Shown piece by piece: positions 22,101-35,471 of a DNA stretch of 64,000 nt. How positions within the stretch are numbered: the stretch's first letter is position 1; every line of letters begins with the position of its first letter. Location: assembly GCF_006345805.1 (NCBI RefSeq), contig NC_043001.1:112406001-112470000 (forward strand), given 5' to 3'. The notes under the pieces are model-generated. The model did not search any database. It worked only from the letters and a program-made list of their open reading frames with translations, and was not told the DNA's origin. This DNA is from Octopus sinensis. Lineage: Eukaryota. Both the position numbers and the translations under genes were made by a program.

Positions 22101-22504
22101 GTGTGTATATATATATATATATGTATGTATGTATACAAATATACATACACACACGCACATATATATGTACACATGCACATGCAAACTCATGGAAAACTCT
22201 ACTCCACCTTATATTTTACACCACCAATATTACCACCGCCACCGCCATATTTTCTCTTTCTATTTGTTAGTACACATTTACATACATACACATATAAACA
22301 CTTAGACACACATTGAACGGTGCAGAAAGGACAGTGACAAAAATGGCGCACATATATACTCGCATTCATTGCCACCCAGTCGCACATATACGCATGCACA
22401 CACATGCATCTCCGTCAGTCTGTCTGTCTGTCTGTCAATCTGTTTGTCTGTCTGTATGTCTCTATGCAAACATTGAAATGAAGCAGGTCTCTTTCAGTCA
22501 TGAT

Positions 22505-25500
22505 TTTTTCAATTCCCCCCTTTCACCACCCGCACCACCACTGGCGCTACAACCACCGACACTGCACCATCTCAACTAATACCACCACCTCTACTACCTC
22601 AATTCCGCCCTTTCACCACCCGCACCATCCCTGGCGCTACAACCACCGGCACTGCACCATCTCCACTAATACCACCACCTCTACTACCTCAATTCCCCCC
22701 TTTCACCACCCGCACCACCACTGGCGCTACAACCACCGACACTGCACCATCTCCACTAATACCACCACCTCTACTACGTCAATTCCCCCCTTTCATCACC
22801 CGCACCACCACTGGCGCTACAACCACCGACACTGCACCATCTCCACTAATACCACCATCTCTACTACCTCAATTCCCCCTTTCATCACCCACACTACCAC
22901 TGGCGCTACAACCACCGACACTGCACCATCTCCACTAATACCACCACTCTACTACCTCAATTCCGCCTTTCACCACCCGCACCACCACTGGCGCTACAAC
23001 CACCGACACTGCACCATCTCCACTAATACCACCACCTCTCTACTACCTCAATTCCCCCTTTCACCACCCGCACCACCACTGGCGCTACAACCACCGACAC
23101 TGCACCATCTCCACTAATACCACCACCTCTACTACCTCAATTCCCCCCTTTCACCACCCGCACCACCACTGGCGCTACAGCAACCGACACTGCACCATCT
23201 CCACTAATACCACCACCTACTACCTCAATTCCCCCCTTTCACCACCCGCACCATCCCTGGCGCTACAACCACCGACACTGCACCATCTCCACTAATACCA
23301 CACCTCTACTACCTCAATTCCCCCCTTTCACCACCCGCACCATCCTGGCGCTACAACCACCGACACTGCACCATCTCCACTAATACCACCACCTCTACTA
23401 CCTCAATTCCGCCCTTTCACCACCCGCCACCACCACTGGCGCTACAACCACCGACACTGCACCATCTCCACTAATACCACCACCTCTACTACCTCAATTC
23501 CCCCCTTTCACCACCCGCACCACCACTGGCGCTACAACCACGACACTGCACCATCTCCACTAATACCACCACCTCTACTACCTCAATTCCCCCCTTTCAC
23601 CACCCGCACCACACACTGGCGCTACAACCACCGACACTGCACCATCTCCACTAATACCACCACCTCTACTACCTCAATTCCCCCCTTTCACCACCCGCAC
23701 CACCACTGGCGCTACAACCACCGACACAGCACCATCTCCACTAATACCACCACCTCTACTACCTCAATTCCCCCCTTTCACCACCCGCACCATCCCTGGC
23801 GCTACAACCACCGACACTGCACCATCTCCACTAATACCACCACCTCTACTACCTCAATTCCGCCCTTTCACCACCCGCACCACGACTGGCGCTACAACCA
23901 CCGACACTGCACCATCTCCACTAATACCACCACCTCTACTACCTCAATTCCCCCCTTTCACCACCCGCACCACCACTGGCGCTACAACCACCGACACTGC
24001 ACCATCTCCACTAATACCACCACCTCTACTACCTCAATTCCCCCCTTTCACCACCCGCACCACCACTTGCGCTACAACCACCGACACTGCACCATCTCTA
24101 CTAATACCACCACCTCTACTACCTCAATTCCCCCCTTTCACCACCCGCACCACCACTGGCGCTACAACCACCGACACTGCACCATCTCCACTAATACCAC
24201 CACCTCTACTACCTCAATTCCCCCCTTTCATCACCCGCACCACCACTGGCGCTACAACCACCGACACTGCACCATCTCCACTAATACACCACCTCTACTA
24301 CCTCAATTCCCCCCTTTCACCACCCGCACCACCACTGGCGCTACAACACCACCGACACTGCACCATCTCCACTAATGCCACCACCTCTACTACCTCAATT
24401 CCCCCCTTTCACCACCCGCACCATCCCTGGCGCTACACCACCGACACTGCACCATCTCCACTAATACCACCACCTCTACTACCTCAATTCCCCCCTTTCA
24501 CCACCCGCACCACCACTGGCGCTACAACCACCGACACTGCACCATCTCCACTAATGCTACCACCTCTACTACCTCAATTCCCCCCTTTCACCAACCGCAC
24601 ACCACTGGCGCTACAACACCCCGACACTGCACCATCTCCACTAATACCACCACTCTCTACTACCTCAATTCCCCCCTTTCACCACCCGCACCACCACTGG
24701 CGCTACAACCACCGACACTGCACCATCTCCACTAATACCACCACCTCTACTACCTCAATTCCCCCCTTTCACCACCCCGCACCACCTGGCGCTACAACCA
24801 CCGACACTGCACCATCTCCACTAATGCCACCACCTCTACTACCTCAATTCCCCCTTTCACCACCCGCACCATCCCTGGCGCTACAACCACCGACACTGCA
24901 CCATCTCCCTAATACCACCACCTCTACTACCTCAATTCCCCCTTTCACCACCCGCACCACCACTGGCGCTACAACCACCGACACTGCACACACCATCTCC
25001 ACTAATGCCACCACCTCTACTACCTCAATTCCCCCCTTTCACCACCCGCACCACCACTGGCGCTACAACCACCGACACTGCACCATCTCCACTAATACCA
25101 CCACCTCTACTACCTCAATTCCCCCTTTCATCACCCGCACCACCACTGGCGCTACAACCACCGACACTGCACCATCTCCACTAATACCACCACCTCTACT
25201 ACCTCAATTCCCCCCTTTCACCACCCGCACCACCACTGGCGCTACAACCACCGACACTGCACCATCTCCACTAATGCCAACCACCTACTACCTCAATCAT
25301 TCCCCCCTTTCACACCACCCGCACCATCCCTGGCGCTACAACAACCACCGACACTGCACCATCTCCACTAATACCACCACCTCTACTACCTCAATTCCCC
25401 CCTTTCACCACCCGCACCACCACTGGCGCTACAACCACCGACACTGCACCATCTCCTAATGCCAAACCACCTCTACTACCTCAATTCCCCCCTTTCACCA

Positions 25501-27830
25501 CCCGCACCACCACTGGCGCTACAACCACCGACACTGCACCATCTCCACTAATACCACCACCTCTACTACCTCAATTCCCCCCTTTCACCACCCGCACCAC
25601 CACTGGCGCTACAACCACCGACACTGCACCATCTCCACTAATACCACCACCTCTACTACCTCAATTCCCCCCTTTCACCACCCGCACCACCACTGGCGCT
25701 ACAACCACCGACACTGACTGCACCATCTCCACTAATGCCACCACCTCTACTACCTCAATTCCCCCTTTCATTCACCACCCGCACCATCCCTGGCGCTACA
25801 ACCACCGACACTGCACCATCTCCACTAATACCACCACCTCTACTACCTCAATTCCCCCCTTTCACCACCCCACCCGCACCACCACTGGCGCTACAACCAC
25901 CGACACTGCACCATCTCCACTAATGCCACCACCTCTACTACCTCAATTCCCCCCTTTCACCACCCGCACCACCACTGGCGCTACAACCACCGACACTGCA
26001 CCATCTCCACTAATACCACCACCTCTACTACCTCAATTCCCCCCTTTCATCACCCGCACCACCACTGGCGCTACAACCACCGACACTGCACCATCTCCAC
26101 TAATACCACCACCTCTACTACCTCAATTCCCCCCTTTCACCACCCGCACCACCACTGGCGCTACAACCACCGACACTGCACCATCTCCACTAATGCCACC
26201 ACCTCTACTACCTCAATTCCCCCCTTTCACCACCCGCACCATCCCTGGCGCTACAACCACCGACACTGCACCATCTCCACTAATACCACCACCTCTACTA
26301 CCTCAATTCCCCCCTTTCACCACCCGCACCACCACTGGCGCTACAACCACCGACACTGCACCATCTCCACTAATGCCACCACCTCTACTACCTCAATTCC
26401 CCCCTTTCACCACCCGCACCACCACTGGCGCTACAACCACCGACACTGCACCATCTCCACTAATACCACCACCTCTACTACCTCAATTCCCCCTTTCACC
26501 ACCCGCACCACCACTGGCGCTACAACACAACACCGACACTGCACCATCTCCACTAATACCACCACCTCTACTACCTCAATTCCCCCCTTTCACCACCCGC
26601 ACCACCACTGGCGCTACAACCACCGACACTGCACCATCTCCACTAATGCCACCACCTCTACTACCTCAATTCCCCCTTTCACCACCCGCACCATCCCTGG
26701 CGCTACAACCACCGACACTGCACCATCTCCACTAATACCACCACCTCTACTACCTCAATTCCCCCCTTTCACCACCCGCACCACCCCACTGGCGCTACAA
26801 CCACCGACACTGCACCATCTCCACTAATGCCACCACCTCTACTACCTCAATTCCCCCCTTTCACCACCCGCACCACCACTGGCGCTACAACCCCCGACAC
26901 TGCACCATCTCCACTAATACCACCACCTCTACTACTTCAATTCCCCCCTTTCACCACCCGCACCACCACTGGCGCTACAACCACCGACACTGCACCATCT
27001 CCACTAATACCACCACCTCTCTAACCTCAATTCCCCCTTTTACCACCCGCACCACCACTGGCGCTACAACCACCGACACTGCACCATCTCCACTAATACC
27101 ACCACCTCTACTACCTCAATTCCCCCCTTTCACCACCCGCACCACCACTGGCGCTACAACCCCCGACACTGCACCATCTCCACTAATACCACCACCTCTA
27201 CTACCACCTCAATTCCCCCCTTTCACCACACCATCCCTGGCGCTACAACCACCGACACTGCACCATCTCCACTAATACCACCACCTCTACTACCTCAATT
27301 CCCCCCTTTCACCACCCGCACCACCACTGGCGCTACAACCACCGACACTGCACCATCTCCACTAATACCACCACCTCTACTACCTCAATTCCCCCCTTTC
27401 ACACCACCCGCACCATCCCTGGCGCTACAACCACCGACACTGCACCATCTCCACTAATACCACCACCTCTACTACCTCAATTCCCCCCTTTCACCACCCG
27501 CACCATCCCTGGCGCTACAACCACCGACACTGCACCATCTCCACTAATACCACCACCTCTACTACCTCAATTCCCCCCTTTCACCACCCGCACCACCACT
27601 GGCGCTACAACCACCGACACTGCACCATCTCCACTAATACCACCACCTTTACTACCTCAATTCCCCCCTTTCACCACCCCCGCACCACCACTGGCGCTAC
27701 AACCACCGACACTGCACCATCTCCACTAATACCACCACCTCTACTACCTCAATTCCCCCCTTTCACCACCCGCACCACCACTGGCGCTACAACCACCGAC
27801 ACTGCACCATCTCCACTAATACCACCACCA
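22505..27830 (+). repeat. Tandem array of a 90-bp C/A-rich unit, about 59 copies
   Basis: Unit CCACTAATACCACCACCTCTACTACCTCAATTCCCCCCTTTCACCACCCGCACCACCACTGGCGCTACAACCACCGACACTGCACCATCT. Period confirmed, e.g. accatctcca at 23821 and 23911. Confidence 0.97.
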
Positions 27831-27899
27831 ATTCTACGACAACCAGCCGCTGTCACTAACGCTTATCCTATCTAGATAGCAGCACGACCATCATAACAG

Positions 27900-28365
27900 C
27901 CGTCATTATCTCAACCACCATTACCACCATTGCTCATACCACTACCACCACCAACAACAACAACTACAACAACATTTCCACCACCAACAACAACAACAAC
28001 AGACGCAGCAGCAGCAGCACCACCACCACCACCCTACCACCACCTCTACCACCACCTCTACCACCACCTCTACACCACCATGACCACGACCACGGCGACC
28101 ACCACTACAACCACTACCTATACACCACCACCACCACCACTACCACCACCTCCACACCACCATGACCACGACCACGGCGACCACCACTACAACCACTACC
28201 TATACACCACCACCACGACCATCACCATTACCACCACCTCCACACCACCATGACCACGACCACGGCGACCACCACTACAACCACTACCTATACACCACCA
28301 TCAACAGCACCACTATCACGATTATATCTACCACTACAACCACCACTGTGACCATAACTAACATC
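27900..28365. repeat. (CCA/ACA)n low complexity with an 82-88-bp unit repeated about 3 times
   Basis: catgaccacgaccacggcgaccaccactacaaccactacctatacacc recurs at about 28079, 28161 and 28249. Confidence 0.85.
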
Positions 28366-29225
28366 AATGTAGAAGCCTCTACGTATTCGCTCTGTCTGCA
28401 AGAAATAGCATCTAAATCTCCCTGATATCAAACCCTACGGTGGAAATTATGTAAACTTCACCTTGCTAATAGTCCTATGTTCCCTTAAAAAGACGGAACG
28501 GTCATGTGTGGAAGATATCGATGTTTAGAGTCCTATTAAACCTGCATTATCAGAATCAAAGATTAAATGAACAGCAGTGCTCGAGACATCCTCTAGTAAT
28601 TACTAGACCCGCTAGAAGTAGCAGTAAAATCTCTCCCAAAGTCAACTTTACTGTCTTACGTAAGGAAGGACGTAGATTTAATACTGTAGCACTCGGGACA
28701 CCGCGGAAAAACACGGGTTGGTAAAGGAGGACAAACTTCTGACCATAAGGATGTAGGATTCGGGCTGGTATCTGGAGTTGTATATGTACGTATGGATTTG
28801 TAAATATATATGCATGTACTGCATATATATGAATGGTTATATCTATAACCTTCTCTATATATGAACATAAACGTGCGCTTGTGTGCGTATATGTGTGTGT
28901 ATATATATCTACGTATGTATGTATATATGTATGTATGTATGTATGTATACGTCAACGTATATATATATGCGTGTGTGTGTGTGTGCGTGTGTGTGCGTGC
29001 GTGCGTGGGTGTATGTGTGCGTATAAAATATTGTTCTTTTCTTTCGAAAGAGTTTTCTATTCGATTGCTTGGAAGTGTTCAGGTCGAACCCGAAACGTTA
29101 GACGTTATATAACTTGGTATAAGAAGAGACAAAAATTTAGATAATCATATTATATTTGTATCACTATAATAAATACATATATATATATATATATATTACA
29201 TAAAATTACAACAAGACAAGGAACA

Positions 29226-29601
29226 TACTCTTTACTCTTTTACTTGTTTCAGTCATTTGACTGCGGCCATGCTGGAGCACCGCCTTTAGTCGAGCAAATC
29301 GACCCCGGCACTTATTCTATCGGTCTCTTTTGCCGAACCGCTAGGTGACGGGGACGTAAACACACCACCATCGGTTGTCAAGCAATGCTAGGGGACAAAC
29401 ACACACACACAAGCACACATATATATATACATATATGCGACAAGCTTCTTTCAGTTTCCGTCTACCAAATCCACTCACAAGGCATTGGTCGGCCCTAGGC
29501 TATAGTTGAAGACATTTGCCCAAGATGCCACGTAGTGGGACTGAACCCGGAACCATGTGGTTGCTAAGCAAGCTACTTACCACACAGCCACTCCTGCGCC
29601 T
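29226..29601 (-). mobile_element. SINE family A copy
   Basis: Full head to tail with a short internal deletion. Confidence 0.9.
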
Positions 29602-29783
29602 AACATATTTATATATTATAAATAATGCGAGTTTTTTCAATTGCATGAAATAAAAGTCAGAGGTGGACGGGATAAACTACCTGCATCATCTTGTTAAAGA
29701 AGCAGGTAGTAAGTGTTCCTTACTCTTAGTGCAAGTTTTTATGAGTGCAGTTCGTTTTTAACAGTTATTTTTTCAAAGCTATA

Positions 29784-30215
29784 ATGGAAGTGACAATGGA
29801 GCATATTCAGCATATTTTGCTTTATGAATTCAATAAAGGCAACAACGCAACGGAAAGTGCGAGGAATATTAAGGAAGTATATGGGGATCGGACAATAAGC
29901 GTAAGCCAGTGTCAACAGTGGTTCCAGAAATTCCGAGCCGGAAACTAGAGCCTATAAGACGAGCTTCATTCTGGAAGATATCTAGGACTCAAGGAGGACG
30001 TCCTGCAAACCCTGGTGGAACAAAATGCCATCGTAACTGTTGAGGAACTAGCAGAGAAGCATGGATTTAGTCATTCAACCATTCATCGACACCTGCGTTC
30101 CATCGAAATAGTCAGCATAATTGGGTCAATGGGTTCCTCACAAACTTTCCGAGGCTAATCACGCGCAGAGAGTGAATGTGTGCTTTACGTTGGTGTCAAG
30201 TTTCACAAATGAACC
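29784..30215 (+). pseudogene. mariner transposase N-terminal remnant (paired HTH to WVPH motif)
   Basis: MEVTMEHIQHILLYEFNKGNNATESARNIKEVYGDRTISVSQCQQWFQKFRAGN*...SGR...TVEELAEKHGFSHSTIHRHL...GQWVPHKLSEAN..QRVNVC. Stops and frameshifts; truncated before the DDD domain. Confidence 0.9.
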
Positions 30216-30691
30216 TTTTCCTTTTTTTTTTTTTTGGACTGAAGAGTTTTTAATCTAAAATATACTCTCCTTCTTTTGTTAATACTATACACATGCATAC
30301 ATATATACATATACATACAAATGCATACATACAGATTGTGTGTGTGTTTCTATCATAAACGTAGTGTACTTGGCATCGTGTTGGTTGTTGTATATGATGA
30401 TCTACCATCTTAGAAACAGTCTTGATATATGCCTGAGAGTGGGGAAATTCACCTGGTTACTTTAAGCTTAAATAGACATTCGACCAAATCATTCTATCTG
30501 TTTTTGTGTGTACCGAGGAGTTTTTGCTTGACCAAAGCATTTCTACAAGTTTCTCCTAAACGTCCATGCTTGTTTTCAGACATTTAGTCAACCGTTGTTT
30601 CACAATATTTGAGTAATATACACCTTCTCTTTCATAAGTCGCAAGTTACTGCGGTATTTTGAAAGAAATTGGGAATGTGTTTTATATACGA

Positions 30692-31054
30692 CTAGCACTA
30701 TGACCCGGCAACGCCTGGTCGTAGTGCTAGTGCATGCATATAGAGCTGCGTGCGTGTGCACATACACGCGAGTACTGTCCAAATCTCCGACCAATCACAT
30801 ACAGCTAGCTGGCATTCAATTGGCGTATCAAGTTTCGGGCATTTTCATTGGGTTTTGGAAAGAAAATTCACAAAAAAGTCACTTCTATTGATTTTTAATG
30901 GTTTTGCGGGGTGACTGGAGAAATGTAAAGATGTGCACGACCACACTTGGACGGTTTTGAATGACCATAGAAAGTGCGAGCTCTCTAACTGAAAAATTGT
31001 GGATTTGTATAAAAGGCACACACGCAGACATTTTGCCGTTTATATATAGAGAGA
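30692..31054 (-). mobile_element. Complete non-autonomous Helitron (363 bp)
   Basis: Minus strand starts A|TCTCTCTATATATAAACGGCAAAATG and ends with hairpin GACCAGGCGTTGCCGGGTC followed by ATAGTGCTAG|T: 5' TC, 3' CTAG, AT insertion site, no TSD. Confidence 0.85.
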
Positions 31055-31514
31055 TGCAATGGCACCAGGAAATATGTCTTGTGTATCACATGTGATACGT
31101 AGGACAGGCAAAGGGTTAACGTTACATTTTGTTTTGAAGGAAATGGGATGTGTTTCTTGAGAGATTAAGCTGTCATTTCGTTGCATGCCAATGTAGCTCG
31201 TCGTAGAAGAATTAATTGTTGCTGTTTAACACCATAAGCGTGTATGTCTGCTATGTAGGAAACTCTGAGAAAGCAGACATGGGAGCTGTTATTTAACCAA
31301 CTGAAGATACGAAAACGATCACAATTTATAGTTCTGTGCGTTACTGCTAGATTAATGCATTTTTTTTTTTTTTTTTTTTTGGTTTTGGCAATTTTGAATG
31401 TTAATTATATCGATACGAAATTTCAGAACCTGCAACGTAATAATATGTTTTATTCAGTTATATATTTATTTATATATTTATTGATAATAGATAATTGGAA
31501 AAAATTGTTAATAC

Positions 31515-31622
31515 GTCATACACAAATATACACACATATACACACATGTACACATATATATACACATACATATGTTCACATATAGATATATGTACACACA
31601 TATGTGTATATATACATATATA

Positions 31623-31664
<42 letters not shown>

Positions 31665-31880
31665 CATACATACGTACGTACATATATGTATATATACATA
31701 TATATACATATATGTATATGTATATATGTGTATATATATACATATATATATGTATATATATGTATATATGTATATATGCATACATATATATATGTACATA
31801 TATATGTATACATACATATAAAAATACATACATACATATATACATACATACGTACATACATATATAAGCATATGTAACAT
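31515..31880. repeat. (TA/CA)n mixed microsatellite
   Basis: Direct reading. Confidence 0.9.
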
Positions 31881-32347
31881 ATAAATACAATTCCAGAAAT
31901 TAAAAGGAACAGAATGACAACAACAAAAAGGGGGAAAAAGAGACGAACTTTAGAAAATTCAGGAAAGAGAAATAAAAAAAACACGAGAATTAAATATAGA
32001 AAAAAGAAGAAGCTTCCAGATAAGAAAAAAAAATGAAGTCTCTATGTTGTTCCTGTCTGTTTAGGTGAAACTCATTTTCCTTCCTGTCACAAGTGGGAGA
32101 GTTACAGTGTGAATGTTTCTAAATTGGATACTGATGTCGTAGGTCGTGTGTTAACATATTTATCAAAAGATTCTACTTTGACGGCTTCATCCGGGTTTCT
32201 ATACGACTTCATAATGGAAAAGTTGAATGCAAGTAATACGTCACGGCTTTAACACAAAAGAAGACACGATCATTTAGTAAACTGGACGAGCATCGAAAAG
32301 CTAAACTTGTGACTCGAGCCAACGTAACGAATGTTTCGATTTCAATA

Positions 32348-32771
32348 GACATACATACATAATTATAGTCATACATACATACATACATACATACATACAT
32401 ACATACATACATACATACATACGTACGTACGTGCGTACATGCATACATACATACATACATACAAGCATACATGCATGCATGCATGCATACATACATACAT
32501 ACATACATACATACATACATAAATACATACATACATACATATATACAAGCATATATACATGTATGCATGCATGCATACATACATACATACATACATACAT
32601 ACATACATACATACATACATACATACATGCATGCATGCATACATACATACATACATACATACATACATACATACATGCATACATGCATACATACATGCAT
32701 ACATGCATACATACATATACACATACATATATACATACATATATATATGCATGCATGCATGCATACATAAA

Positions 32772-32802
<31 letters not shown>

Positions 32803-33015
32803 GTACAAGCATACATACATGCATGCATGCATACATACATACATACATACAGACAGACATACAAGCATACATACATGCATGCATGCATGCATACATACAT
32901 ACATACATAAATACATACATACATACATACAAGCATACATACATGCATGCATGCATACATACATACATACATACATACATACATACATACATACATACAT
33001 GCATACGCGCATGCA
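32348..33015. repeat. (CATA/CATG)n array
   Basis: Direct reading. Confidence 0.95.
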
Positions 33016-33376
33016 TACACCGAATTCACACTCGTACACACCGCACATTCACACATACGCACGGCTGACACATACATTGCGTATATTATATACATACAGT
33101 CACTAAGGATTTGCTGCTGTCTTAAATGCGAGATAAGGACCGCGCTGAAGCTTGATGTTTCCAATATATAAATGATGAGAGAAAGACTTTAAGAGTTAAT
33201 GAATTCTCCTTTATAGTTCTTGGAATCAGCCACCTGAAGACACGTCATGTCACACCTCCAGGAAGCAGGAACTGGTTCCAATAACAATGGCATTCTGAAA
33301 AATGATTTTGCTAATCATCTCCAACGTCTTTACTCTGTCTGCCTGTCTGCTTGTCTATCTATCTATCTATCTATAA

Positions 33377-33460
<84 letters not shown>

Positions 33461-33502
33461 GTCTGTCTATCTATCTATCTATCTATATGTCTCTCTCTCC
33501 CC

Positions 33503-33543
<41 letters not shown>

Positions 33544-33915
33544 CATGGTCACCCACACACGCACATATATATATATACATACACACATGCATAGATGCAT
33601 ATACACGTACATGCATACATATATTACATGCATACACCGCATTATTTATTTATTTATTTATAATACAACTAACTATTCTTTTGTGTGCGTGCGTGTGTGT
33701 GCGAGAGGGAGAGAGAAAGAATGTGCAGAGAGAGAGGGAGATAGATGGACAACTAGAGTGAGAGATAAAACAAGCTATACAAAATGTCAAAAGGAGAGAG
33801 AGAGATACATACATATGTTTGTCTCTATATATCTACTCTCTCTCTCTCTCTCTCTCTCTCTTCTCATCTCTCGTCCTCATCTCTCTCTCCTCTCCTCTCT
33901 CTCTCTCTCTCTACT

Positions 33916-33967
<52 letters not shown>

Positions 33968-33969
<2 letters not shown>

Positions 33970-34256
33970 TGGAGGCGCAATGGCCTAGTGGTTATAGCAG
34001 CGGACTCGCGGTCGCAGGATGCGGTTTCGATTCCCAGACCGGGCGTCGTGAGTGTTTATTGAGCGAAAACACCTAAAGAGCTCCGGCAGGGGGTGGTGAT
34101 CCCTGCTGTACTTTTTCACCACTCTTTCTCCCACTCTTTCTTCTGTCGGCCTGCTCGCTTAGCCAGCGGGGTGGCGTCATTCGAAGGCTAAAACAATGCG
34201 AACGCATTGTGACCAGCGATGTATAACAACATCTGATGGTCTGGTCGGTCACGTGA
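33968..34256 (+). mobile_element. SINE with family B head but a different 3' tail, inside (TA)n
   Basis: Head AGTGGAGGCGCAATGGCCTAGTGG...; diverges from family B after about 165 bp into GCTTAGCCAGCGGGG...GGTCGGTCACGTGA. (TA)n on both flanks. Confidence 0.85.
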
Positions 34257-34573
34257 TATATATATATATATATTGCCTCTATCTATCTATTTATATCTAT
34301 CTATCTATCTATCTATCTACATATTTGTCATCTATCTACATGTGCTCAGTGTTTATATGTACATGTCGGCCATCACTGATCTGGGATATGTGGAGCTTGA
34401 AGGTTTCCGTGTTAGCAATTTTACCGAATTACAGAGTGTTTAAGCTTAAACATATTTAGCCCAACAGCTAACCACCTCATCCTACTTTTAGAAAACTCCC
34501 ACTAATCACTATAATTTCGTTGATAAAACGCAAGAAATATCAATTAGAAACCAAACAAAATTTTAATGATATA

Positions 34574-34818
34574 TTCAAAATGCGCAGGCGTAAATTTCTG
34601 CAAACCTTTTCCACCCACGTGGTCTATCTAGCAAACATTATATTTTAACATACTGAACACTTGGTGAAATTGATTAATTAATTTTACCCTCAATTGCTGA
34701 TATTATAATTCATTTCTCTCTGTCATACTGCCTTGGTTCTCGCGGTTAAAATATGTTTGCTAGATAGACCACGTGGGTGGAAAAGGTTTGCAGAAATTTA
34801 CGCCTGCGCATTTTGAAT
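34574..34818. repeat. About 75-bp inverted repeat with a 95-bp spacer
   Basis: attcaaaatgcgcaggcgtaaatttctgc...cattatattttaac (34574-34650) vs gttaaaatatgtttgctagatag...gcgcattttgaat (34745-34818). Confidence 0.9.
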
Positions 34819-34918
34819 TTGTTGGCACTAGCAGTTGGAGCTGGTTCATTTGAAGCGACAAGTTCGCCAAGAGGTAAAGTTCCTTCTTTTTAGGTGTTTC
34901 CAAATCCAAATTAAGAAA

Positions 34919-34981
34919 TTTGAGCTGACGAAAGAAATGCTGATTTTATTTGGCTAATCTTGAAACGTTGACGTACTCAAA
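34919..34981 (+). ncRNA. Canonical type I hammerhead ribozyme
   Basis: TTTGAG-CTGACGA-AAGA[22 nt]TCTT-GAAA-CGT TG ACG-TA-CTCAAA: 6-bp stem I, 4-bp stem II, ACGT/ACGT stem III, GUA triplet with cleavage after 34975. Confidence 0.88.
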
Positions 34982-35260
34982 CGATCTATGTACTTGTGAT
35001 ATTTTTCTGTATTTACCTCCTCCAAACCTTCGTGAGCTGTCTGGAGTAAACATTATCTGAGAGAAATTTTCTTTAAGTAGTAGAAATGGCTAAAAAAATT
35101 TTTGGGGGCTGCTATTTCTACTAAGTCCAGTTATGTGGCAAAGTAATTTATTTTCCTAAGCCCTAATTATATAATGTAATATTTTGAATTCGCCTTAAAT
35201 GGTCCTTTTACATACTGAACACTTGTGAAATTGATTAATTAATTTTACCCTCAATTGCTG

Positions 35261-35295
<35 letters not shown>

Positions 35296-35305
35296 ATATA
35301 TATTA

Positions 35306-35348
<43 letters not shown>

Positions 35349-35373
35349 TATATATATTTTATTTTATAGAAGG

Positions 35374-35424
35374 AGCTTCTACAGGACTAGAACTGTTTCA
35401 TTCAGATGAAATCTTCAGGAAGCT
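35374..35424 (-). ncRNA. Type I hammerhead-like fold (left arm of the palindrome, minus strand)
   Basis: Reverse complement AGCTTC-CTGAAGA-T TTC ATCT GAA T-GAAA-CAG...CTG-TA-GAAGCT. Stem II is TTC/GAA closed by a U-U pair. Confidence 0.7.
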
Positions 35425-35471
35425 TCCTGAAGATTTCATCTGATTGAAACAGTTCTAGTCCTGTAGAAGCT
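35421..35471 (+). ncRNA. Type I hammerhead-like fold (right arm of the palindrome)
   Basis: AGCTTC-CTGAAGA-TTTCATCTGATT-GAAA-CAG ttctagtc CTG-TA-GAAGCT: 6-bp stem I, ACAG/CTGT stem III, GUA triplet. Stem II is weak. Confidence 0.65.

Noticed and set aside
22505-27830. CRISPR-like regular array
   Set aside because: Units are head-to-tail with no unique spacers; eukaryotic context, no cas genes.
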